Shown here piece after piece: positions 49,126-61,100 of a stretch of DNA of 64,000 nt. The translations under genes and the position numbers were made by a program. Every line of letters starts with the position of its first letter. The first letter of the stretch is position 1. The notes beneath the pieces are model-generated. The model made no database searches. It was given only the letters and a program-made list of their open reading frames with translations, and had not been told where the DNA came from. This stretch comes from Isurus oxyrinchus (taxonomy: Eukaryota): assembly GCA_026770705.1 (NCBI GenBank), contig JANJGN010000052.1, positions 2,356,001 to 2,420,000 on the forward strand. Reading direction: 5' to 3'.

Positions 49126-52100
49126 CTACAGAGAAATGGAAACAGAAGACATCCTCACATCATTTACTGGCACTGATAGGGTTAAATTATTGTGCAGCCT
49201 CATTAGTGTCAGTCGTGTCTCAGTTGGTTTTACTCTCTCTCTCATATCATAAAAAAGAAACCACCTATGACAGGGCAGCTCTCCCTCAGTACTGACCCCC
49301 GACAGCGCAGCACTCCCTCAGGACTGACCCTCTGTCAGTCTCGCACTCCCTCGGTAATGTCTTTGGCGAGTGCCGGCTTGGATTCTGCACTCAGGTACCT
49401 GACGTGAGGCTCATTAACAAGAACCTTGTAATCAGAGAGAGGATGAGAGGGAAGAGAAAGAGAGAAAGGGATAGAGATAGGGTGTTACTAATCTATTAAT
49501 GTATGTAATGTAATTGGAAATTGTCTTTTTAAACAGAGGTTTAGTCTGTGGGTGTGTCTGTGAGTGTTTTAATTGGATTAAAGCCAGCCAGTCCGGGTAC
49601 TTTGATGTCAAGTAGTTTTGAGATGTAAACAAAGAGGTAAAGGGGTAATTTCCATTTTTAAACAGAGCATTCAATGTCTGGGAGTGAAATCTTAAACAAA
49701 TCAATGTTTATATTACTAATAAAATTGATACGATGAAGGATGGAGTTCAATGGTCCTGATGATACAATGAGAATTTACATTCAAATAGAAGTGCTGGGTA
49801 TAACTTGAGCAGTTTTGTGTGTGCAGAGCAGAGGCTTGTAACATCAAAGCAGCTGTAAGCCTACACCTGTCTGCAAAGGAACCAAAGTGAAAGGAACCTC
49901 ATTTGGAATTTGTGAGGTGAAAATGCTTTCCTGGAATCTGCTTAAAGTCTATGTGTTGTCTTAGAGGAGATTAGTTTGAGAATTTGTTAAAAAGTTATGA
50001 TAGTACTAGTTTGTAGCAATGTGCATATGATTAACTTGTGTTAATTAATAAAAGTCTCATGTAGTTTGATATAAAACCATCTCGAGAACTGGTGTTCTTA
50101 TTCCTGAATTTAGAGCTGCATCTCAAACATTCCACTGGGAAATATAGGTTATGACAGTTGTTTAAAGTTTCCCTCTGGGATTTTAAACAACAGCCTTTAC
50201 CAGTTTTTGTGTCATAACAGAGAGACCGCATGATACTGAACCATTGCTGACTCCACAGGTACAAATCAGTGGGTAACTGGGCTGGGAATCTGGGACATGT
50301 GTTGTCTACACACTGAGATTGAAGCTTTGGAGTGAGTGTAAACAGTTCCTGTACCTGGTGCTTCACAGAGAGTGGACTGGGAGTCAATGCAATGTCACTG
50401 GTCCCTGAAACTCTCTCCTCCATCGCTGTCTTTCTCCTGTAATAACACAATATCACACTGTGGTTATCATATAGCAGAGAATCAGTGCAGCACAGACACA
50501 GAGCCCACTGTAACCTTACACCAACTGGGACTGTCTCTTTAAATCACTTCTGCACAAAGCACAGAATCAAGAAACTTGACACCATCTATGACAAAGCAGC
50601 CCGATTGATCTACACCCCATCCACCACATTAAACATTCACTCCCTTCACCACAAACACACAGTGGCAGCAGTGTGTGTACCATCTACAAGATGCACTGCA
50701 GCAAATCAGCAAGGCTCCTTCGACAGCTCCTTCCAAACCCACGACCTCTACCATCTAGAAGGACAAGGGCAGCAGACACATGGGAACACCACCACCTGGA
50801 AGTTCCCCTCCAAGTCACTCACCATCCTGACTTGGAAATATATCATCGTTCCTTCACTGTCACTGGGTTAACATCCTGGAACTCCCTCTCTAACAGCACT
50901 GTGGGTGTACCTACACCACATGGACTGCAGCGGGTCAAGAAGGCAGCTCACCACCACCTTCTCAAGGGGCAATTAGAGATGGGCAATTTAATAACGGCCT
51001 CACCATTGACAGTCACATTCGATTAAAGAATTTAAAATCTCACAGCTCAGGAGGAAGCCACTCAGCCCATCGTGCCTGTGCTGGCCCTTTGTAAAAACTG
51101 TCCAATTAGTCCGAAACAAATGTTTATATTAAAATCAAGTTAAATCTTCAGACTTACTTTCTCACACAGATGAAGATGAAGATTCCAGCCAGGAAAACAC
51201 TCAACATGATCCCAGCCGTGAACAATCCTACTGTCCATTTACTGGAGTCTCTACCTGTAAAAACAGCCATTAATTACTGCACTACAGGTTTACAATGATG
51301 CTCCGATGTATCTCGAGAAGCGATACACTCACTCAGTGTTTAAATACTCATTCTCGGGCAATGCTGACATTTATTGTCCATCCCTAGTTTCCCCTTGAGA
51401 AGGTGGTGGGGGGTCTTCCTCCTGAACCACTGGTTTGTCCCAAACTGGGAGACCAGTTCAGAGGGCAGGTAAGAGTTAACCATGTTGGTGTTTGAGACTG
51501 GAGTCACATATACACCCAGACCTGTTAAAATGGACAGGTTTCCCTCCCTTAAGATAATTAGTGACCCATATTATATATGTAATTTCTATATATATGTATC
51601 AACTAACCTCCCTAAAATAATCAATTATCACCTCAATTTCATGCTGTTGTTTGTGGGATCTTGCTGTGCACAAATCAGCTGTTGCGTTTCCTACATGATG
51701 ACAGTGAGCTCACATTGAAACTGCTTCACTGGTTATCGAGAGTTTTGGGAATTCCTAAGTATTTTATCCATGCAAGTCTTATTTTTCGATTTAATCCATG
51801 TAACATTTATATATAATATTTATCAATGTGATCCCTATAGCATAAATTTATAATATTTATCAATATAATCTATGTAACATTTATATATAATTTTTATCCA
51901 TTTAATCTCTGTAATATTTATATATAATGTTTCTCGATTTAATCCATGTAACATTTATATATAATATTGCCCAATGTAATATATGTAACATTTATATATA
52001 TTTATCCATTTAAACTGTGAAACATTTATATATAATTTTTATCAATGTAATCTATGTAACATTTATATATAATATTTCTCGATGTAATCTATGTAATATT

Positions 52101-55100
52101 TATATATAATATTTAGTCGTTTGGGAGGAGAACCTGAGTATTGCTGAGAAAGGACATTTTGTCAAAGCTTTCTGTCTTGCACCCAATGAAGCAGCTTATC
52201 TGGGGGAGAGGGTTCCAGATTTCCACTCCCCTTTGTGTGAAGAAGTGCTTCCTGACATCACCCCCTGAATGGCCTGGCTCCAATTTGACCAAGTGTTGCC
52301 ATTGTCACATGAGATCAGGTGATTCAAAGCTTGGTCAAAGGGGTAAGTTCTAAAGAGCATTTTAGAGGAGGTAGAGAGAGAGGTGGAGAGGTTGAGGGAG
52401 GGAATTCTCGAGTTTAGGGATCAATCCAGCTGAGTGGAGATCGATCCTGAGCGAGTCTCTCACCTTTGACCCACAGATACACCTTGAACATGGCTTCCCC
52501 GTGTGGGTTTTGAACCGAGCAGGATGCAATCACTCCCCCCTCATCCTGGGGTCTCATCAGGGTGAGGGAACCAGTCACCAGATGCCCATCTCTGACCTGC
52601 CACGACACAAAACCTCCGTGTGTTTGGTTACCACTGATGTTGGCACTGGGCAGGTGCCAGGTGAGGTCTCCGGGTGGGTTGGAGGTGGCCACACAGATGC
52701 AGGTGACCCCCTCTGATCTCCGAGTGCACTCCGACTGCTGGGAAATCTCCGGCTTATCTGAGGAGGGAAGGACAACAATAAGACAACGTCATAGCAAAGT
52801 TAGAGCGTAAGATAGAATGTTAACACTGAAACACTCATTCCTGCCTTTGTTACCTCTGCACTCAACTATCCCAACACTCTCCTGCCCGACCTCCCATCTT
52901 CCACTCTCCGTAAACATCAGCTCATCCCAAACTCTGCTGTCCCCATGTCCTAACTCACACCGAGTCCCGTTCACACATCACTCCCTGTTGGTCACTGAGG
53001 TACACTGGCTCCCGGTCCGACAATGCCACAATTTTAAAATTCACATCGTCTCAAATCCCTCCTTACCCCCTCCCTATCTCTGATACCTCCTTCAGACCCT
53101 TCAACCCTCCCTATCTCTGTAACCTCCTCCAGCCCCTTCAACCCTCCCTATCTCTGTAACCTCCTCCAGCCCCTACAACCCTCCCTATCTCAGTAACCTC
53201 CTCCAGCCCCTTCAACCCTCCCTATCTCTGTAAACTCCTCCAGAACCTTCAACCCTCCCTATCTCTGTAACCTCCTCCAGCCCCTTCAACCCTCCCTATC
53301 TCTGTAACCTCATCCAGCCCTTACAACCCTCCCTATCTCTGTAACCTCCTCCAGCCCCTACAACCTTCCTTATCTCTGTAACCTCATCCAGCCCCTACAA
53401 CCTTCCTTATCTCTGTAAACTCCTCCAGCCTCTACAACCCTCCGAGATCTCTGTGCACCTCCAATTCCAGCTTCTTGACATTCCCCCGATTCCTATCGCT
53501 CCACCATTGGCAGCCGTGCCTTCAGCTGCCTGGATCCTAACCTCTGGAATTCCCTCCCTCATTTCTCACCTCCTTCGGACAAAATCTGACCACCACCAAA
53601 AGCATCTTCCCTTCACCCCCACCCCGTTGGCATTCCACAGGGATCATTCCCTCCAGGACACCCTGGTCCACTCCTCCATCACCCCTAGCACCTCAACCCT
53701 CTCCGATGACATCTTCCCATGTATTTACAGAAGGTGCAACACCTGCCCCTTTACTTCCTCCCCCCTCACTGTCCAATGACCCAAACACTCCTACCAGGTG
53801 AAGCAGCGCTTCATGCAGACTTCCTTCAATTTAATCTACTGCCTTCACTGCTCCCAATGTGGTCTCCTCTACATGGGACAGACCAAACACAGACTGGGTG
53901 ATCGCTCTGATGAACACCTTCGGTCTGTCCACAAGCATGACCCAGACCTCCCTGTCGCTTGCCATTTTAACACCCCACCCTGCTCTCATGCCCACATGTC
54001 CGTCCTTGGCCTGCTGCATTGTTCCAGTGAAGCCCAACACAAACTGGAGGAACAGCACCTCATCTTCCGACCTGGCACTTTACAGCCTTCCGGACTGAAT
54101 ATTGAGATCAACAATTTCTGGTCATGAACTCTCTCCTCGATCTTCACTGCTTTTTGAACCCTTTTTTTATGTATTCATTTTAATTGTTTTATTTGTTAAC
54201 TGTTTTCCACTTATTTTTATTATTATTATTTGAAATTCATTTCCATTTTTATTGATTGTTTTATCCGCAGATTTTAGTCTATTTTCGATCTTTATTCCCT
54301 CCACCGTCCCCTCCCCCTGCCACACCCTCACGAAGGCCATCTGTCTCTTTCCAGAGTGCTTACCCTGGTCCGCCCATTATCACACTCTGCTTAATGTCAC
54401 CATTAGCACCTCCTTTATCCAATACCACCACTGTTAACAACCCTTTGACCTTTTGTTTATGACATCTTCCACAATCTCTCCATTGCCTCCACCTATCGCT
54501 GGTTTTCTATCCAGCTCCACCTGTCCCATCGCCCCCCCTTAGACAGGATATATTTCACCACATGTCTACTTCCCTTTAGCTCTGAAGAAGAGTCATACAG
54601 ACTCCAAACGCTAACCCTGTCTTTCTCTCCACAGATGCTGCCAGATGCTCAGAATCAGCTGGATGGACAGAAAGACCAATGAGTGGCTTAGATCAAGAGG
54701 AGACGTTCAGCAATTAAAAGGGTTGTTCAGGACAGTTAGAGAGAGAAAGTTTGTCAAGTACGGAGATTGGAAACGAAGACCTGACAGCCTTGTCCTGACA
54801 ACCATTGAAGGAGAAACTGAGAGCAAAAACAGAAAGGGAGAGGAAAAATTGGATGTGTGGATAACGTGGACTGAGCGAGGATTGAAGAAAACTGGATTAA
54901 AAACAACACGATCCCAATGGCTCCACGGAGACAACAAACAAACAAATGTATCTCCACACTCACATTCCACAGTGATGGTTATGAACCCCTCCACTGCTCC
55001 ATGTTCATTCTCTGCCACACACTGATAGTCACAACCTGGGCCCCCTCTGACCTATCAGGTTGGGATAAACAATCCCAAGGGTCAATACAAGGAAGAGCTC

Positions 55101-58100
55101 TCCCTGGTCAATATCACTCATTAGAAAAGGACCAGTTTTGTCTTCAAGTGATGTTTGTGGGATCTTGCTCTGCACATTATATCCTAATACCGCTAATATA
55201 GAATAAAGGATGTCCATACTTACATTGTACAGTCAGTACGAGGGTCCGCTCCGATGAAACAGATGGATATCTCACTCTGCAGCTGAGAGTGTGTCCGTCG
55301 TGTTTGAGTGATGGGATCAGGGTCAGAACAGAAGTATAGGTCAGAGTGACACCATGCTGAGTTACAGTGTTTGAGACTGATCCAGGTACGTCAGTGGGAG
55401 TGTCCCAGGTTAAGACAGGTGCTGCTGTTCCATTGCACGTTGTGTTGAAGGTGCAGCTTACATCCACACGCTTTCCTGCAATAATTTCAGCAGGGAATAT
55501 CGTGGGTTTATCTGTGAAATCTAACAGACAGAGAATGGATCCTTTTAGAGAAATATAACATGAAGCGTCAGCTCAAATAGAAACCACAGACCCACAAGAG
55601 AAAGCACTTTTACAAGGATGATATCAGAACTGAGATGTTTCAACGATACTGATAGACTGTTAGACACAATTAGAGTGATCAATGGGAGTGGAATACATTT
55701 AATCATTGATATTAAAGTGAGTATTAGAGTTTGCTTTAGGACTGAACTGGAAGCTATCACCAGGTTATTGAGAATCAGACAGTGTGTTATAATAAGCTGT
55801 GTTTTGTGTTAATATGTAAACGTCACAGTTTGTGTTATTTCCCATTGACTGTTGAATGTGAATTGTTGAGTAATTATAACACAGCACTTACCAGAAATGT
55901 GAAGCTGGGTTTCAGGGTAATAGTTATGGCTCGGACCATTGTCAAATTCTATTCTGAATAAATAAGGTCCTTCATCTTCCCGTCTGATGCTGTTTATAAT
56001 CAGGGAACAGTCGCCATCTTTCAAGTCTCCAGACAGCCGGGTCCGATGGTGGAACCGTGGTAACTCGTGACTGTGATCCTTGGAGTGAAAGGCAATGGGA
56101 GCCCAGGGAATCTGATTCTCATTATTAAACCAGACTCCACCTTGCGCTTGGTTTTCCAGACACGATTGATAACTGTAATGACATGGAATCTGTACACACG
56201 AACCTTCCTGCGCTGTCACCTCTCGTGGAGTGTCAACTTTCCACTCTTGTGAGGGTTCAGCTGGGGAGAGAAATCTCAATATTTAACTCTGGATGGTTTG
56301 TGGATCCACTGAACCCGATATTTACAGATGAGGCTGAATTGGGGGGATGGTCAATACTGAGGAGGACTGCAACAAATTACAGGAAGATATGCATTCTGAT
56401 GAAGAGTCATACAGACTCGAAACGTTAACTCTGTCTTCGTCTCCGCAGATGCTGTCAGACCTGCTGAGATTTTCCTGCAATTTTTGTTTTTGTTACAGAT
56501 TTCCAGCATCTGGAGAATTTTGCCTTTATATTACAGGAAGGTATTAATTAACTTTCAGAATGGGCAGGTCATTGACAAATGAATTTCTACGTTAAATGGG
56601 AGGCATTACATTTTGTTCAGGAAAATGAGAAGCTTGTTTATTACCTCGAAAATAAGAATCTAATTGGGGTAGAGGAACAACGTGATCTGGGGCAGAAATA
56701 CAGGAATCAGTAAACGTGGGGACACAGGTTAACAAGGGGATTAAACATACAAACTAAACACTCGAGATTATTTCTCCAGGGATTGAATTGAAAAGTAGAG
56801 AAGTGATGTGAAACTTGTCCTGAACCTTGGTCTGACTGCACCTGGAGTCACGTGTGCAGTTCTGGTCCCCATATTATATAAAGAATATAGAGACACTGGA
56901 GAGGGTGGTAAAAAGCTTCACAAGGATGATCTCCGCAATGTGAGGCTTCACCTATCAGGAGAGGATGTAGAGGATGGGTCTCTGTTCTCTTGAACAGAGA
57001 AGGTTGAAGGGGTGACCTCATTTGACCTTTGAAGTAATGAAAGGTTTTGATCGAGTAGACATGGAGAGAGTGTTTCCACTCGTCACAATGAACAAAACCT
57101 GAGTCTGACAATATAACATCCTCACTAATAAATCCAATGGGGAATTCAGGAGAAACTTCTTTACCCAGAGAGTGGGGAGAATGTGTACTTTAAGAATTAC
57201 TTCATTGGTTGTGAATTGATTTAGGATCGTCCTGAGGTGGTGAAAGGCGCTATGGAAATGCGAGACTTGCTTTTGTGTTTTGAAAGCAGGTATCCAAGAA
57301 TGAGATGGGAACTGAGAGGTAACAACAATCAGCAGCAATTTTCCTATTTTCAAACTTGGTGGGGAATGTGTCACTGAGCTGAATACACTTTCACTCCCAG
57401 ACCCTTGAATTGCCAACACTGGGGTGTGGGTGATGGAGCAGCCCACAGCTCATGGAACCCTGGCTCATCATTCTCTCAGAGATCTGGGTCACTGATCCCA
57501 TTGCTCTCTGTGGGAGCTTCCTGTGCACAAACTCACTGCCACGTTAGACAGTGATATTGATGTACACTGTCAACACATTTAATCATTCATGTTAAAGTGA
57601 GTATTAGAGGTTGCTTTAGGACTGAACTGGAAGCTATCACCAGGTTATTGAGAATCAGACAGTGTGTTATAATAAGCTGTGTTTTGTGTTAATATGTAAA
57701 CGTCACAGTTTGTGTTATTTCCCATTGAGTGTTGAATGTGAATTGTTGAGTAATTATAACACAGCACTTACCAGAAACGTGAAGCTGGGTTACAGGGTAA
57801 TAGTTATGGCTCGGACCATTGTCAAATTCTATTCTGAAAAAATAAGGTCCCGCATCTTCCCGTCTGATGCTGTTTATTATCAGGGATCAGTCGCCATCTT
57901 TCAGGTCTCCAGACAGCCGGGTCCGATTGTGGAACCGTGATAACTCGTGACTGTGGTTCTTGGAGTGAAAGGCAATGGGAGCCCAGGGAATCTGTTTCTC
58001 ATTATTAAACCAGACTCCACCTCGCGGTTGGTTTTCCAGACACGATGGATAACTGTAATGACATGGAATCTGTACACACGAACCTTCCTGCGCTGTCACC

Positions 58101-61100
58101 TCTCGTGGAGTGTCACCTTTCCACTCTTGTGAAGGTTCATCTGGGGAGAGAAATCTCAATATTTAACACTGGATGGTTTGTGGATGCATTATCTATCCAA
58201 TATTTACAGATGTTGCTGAATTGGGGGATGGTCAATACTGAGGAGGACTGCCACAAATTACAGGAAGATATACATTCTGATGAAGAGTCATACAGACTCG
58301 AAATGTTTACTCTGTCTTCCTCTCCACAGATACTGTCAGACCTGCTGTGTTTTTGCACAATTTTTTGTTTTTGTTACAGATTTCCAGCATCTGGAGAATT
58401 TTGCCTTTATATTACAGGAAGGTATTAATAAACTTGCAGAATGGGCAGGTCATTGACAAATGAATTTCTACGTTAAATGGGAGGCATTACATTTTGTTCA
58501 GGAAAATGAGAAGCTTGTATCTTACCTCGAAAATAAGAATCTAATTGGGGTAGAGGAACAACGTGATCTGGGGCAGAAACACAGGAATCACTAACCGTGG
58601 GGACACAGGTTAACAAGGGGATTAAACATACAAACTAAACACTCGAGATTATTTCTCCAGGGATTGAATTGAAAAGTAGAGAAGTGATGTGAAACTTGTC
58701 CTGATCCTCGGTCTGTCTGCACCTGGAGTCACGTGTGCAGTTCCGGTCCCCATATTATATAAAGAATATAGAGACACTGGAGAGGGTGGTAAAAAGCTTC
58801 ACAAGGATGATCTCAGCAATGTGGTAGTGTACCCATTAGTAGGAAAACATAATAATTTTCATAGTGGTAATTTAATTTATTGTAAGCTAGGAATAGAGGG
58901 GTCTTGATANNNNNNNNNNNNNNNNNNNNNNNNNNNNNNNNNNNNNNNNNNNNNNNNNNNNNNNNNNNNNNNNNNNNNNNNNNNNNNNNNNNNNNNNNNN
59001 NNNNNNNNNNNNNNNNNNNNNNNNNNNNNNNNNNNNNNNAAATATGGCTGGGCTGAACGTTTTGAAGTCTCAGAAAAGAAGCTAAATTTGAAATGTTTAA
59101 TAGGTAAACATAGCCAGAGTTTTAGAATGGGAGGTGCGAAAGGAGAATTTGCAATTTCTACATAGTCCTGAATTTCAATGAGGTGCTTAAATGTTACACC
59201 TAGTGAAGAGAGGCTAAGGCAAACAGCGTTTTTATTATTCACAATTTTACTGAGAAACTTGGTACCATGAAAGATTTCTATTATTGGAAATGTAAAGTCC
59301 AATGACATATTGGAACAATGGGGTTTACATTCAGAAAGGGAGAAACATCTCTAAATGAGATTAGGTTATGTGTAAGGGAAGGCATTGAAAGATCTACAAG
59401 TGTGAAATGCCTCTGTGCCCCTAATTGCTGTCTGCAAGAACTGAAGGAAAGAAAATTCACTTTGAATTTAACTGTTCAGGGTATTGTGTTACTTCCTCTG
59501 AGGCTTTTTAAATCTGCTTGTTTTACTGTTGCTTTACCAGAGGAGTAACTGGGAGTCAGATTAATTAGGGAAGCTAAGAATTAGCATAGCAGTAATTTGT
59601 AGAACTGTGTATGTGTTTAAAATTATTTCTTTTACTAATAAATGCTGAATTTAGTTTTGCCAAAACCCTCTCGACCTGGTGGACTCATTACTACTGAATT
59701 CAAGGGGAACAACTCAACATAAAAATACAACTTGCAAAACAGTTGTGGCAGCTGTTCCAAGTTTACTTTGGGATTTGAGCAGCTCAGCTTTTACCGTCTG
59801 CTGTGCCATAACACTATCAGGAGAGGAAGGAGAGTCCGGGCCTGGTTTCTCGTGAACAGAATAGATTGAAGAGGTGACCTTGGGGAGGTGGCTACGATTC
59901 TGAAATATGCTGACAGAGTCGACGCACAGAGAGAAAGTTTCCCCAGGTGGAGAGGAGGAAAAGCAGAGGCAGAAATTACCCCCCTCGGGGTGGGGGAGGT
60001 GGGGGGGGTGTTGCCTGTGCAGGGTTGGCAGGGGTGGGCGTGAACCCGATTGGTGCCCCCGATCGAGGCTGTGCCGCCATTTGACGTGGGCCGGACAGTT
60101 CGGGCCCGCCCAGCGTGACGGGTGCCCGGGAGCGTGGGCGGGGGAGGGGAGGGGAGGGGGATTCCCTGAGGTGCCTCAGGGAGATGAGCTTCAGGTTTAA
60201 GACGCGTCCCCTCATGTGACAGTGCCTCATGAGCTGGGACATGCTCATCAGTTTTGATGGAACAATTTTGTGTCATGAAGGAAAACTTCAGGAAAGCTCC
60301 TCCGGCCTGCGGATGAGGCTCCATGAAAACTACAAAGGATGCCTGGAGGTGAGACGAGCAGCCCTGATCCTTGTTTAAATGACTATTTCAATGTCCTTCA
60401 TGGGCCTTGGACAATTGGGCGTGCAGGCTGCGACCCCCGCTGAACTGACATTCGAAATGATGCGCAGGGACGTTGGGACATCCGCCCGACATCATTTCAC
60501 TGTACGCGAGCAGACCCCACCCACACTCACCGAGACAAGAATTCCACCCCCCCCTCCCCCCCGCCACCCCAGCAGGGACCAGCAAGGTATGAAATCCCAG
60601 AGGGAATTCAGGAGGAATTCCTTTCCCCAGGTCTGGGGAGAATGTGCAATTCAGCAATTATCTCATTGTCTGTGGAGTGATTTGGTGCATGTTTGAGGTG
60701 GTGAAAGGCACTATAGGAATGCAAGTCTTTCGTTTGTTGATTTGTCAGACTTTTAAAAAGCATTAGGTAGACTGATGGGAGTGGATAACCTGATAACATT
60801 GATGGACACAGTCAATACATTTAATCATTGATATTAAAGTGACTGTTAGCGGTTGCTTTAGGACTGAACTGGAAGCTATCACCAGGTTATTGAGAATCAG
60901 ACAGTGTGTTATAATAAGCTGTGTTTTGTGTTAATATGTAAACGTCACAGATTGTGTTATTTCCCATTGAGTGTTGGATGTGAATTGTTGAGTAATTATA
61001 ACACAGCACTTACCAGAAACGTGAAGCTGGGTTACAGGGTAATAGTTATGTCTCGGACCATTGTCAAATTCTATTCTGAAAAAATAAGGTCCTGCATCTT

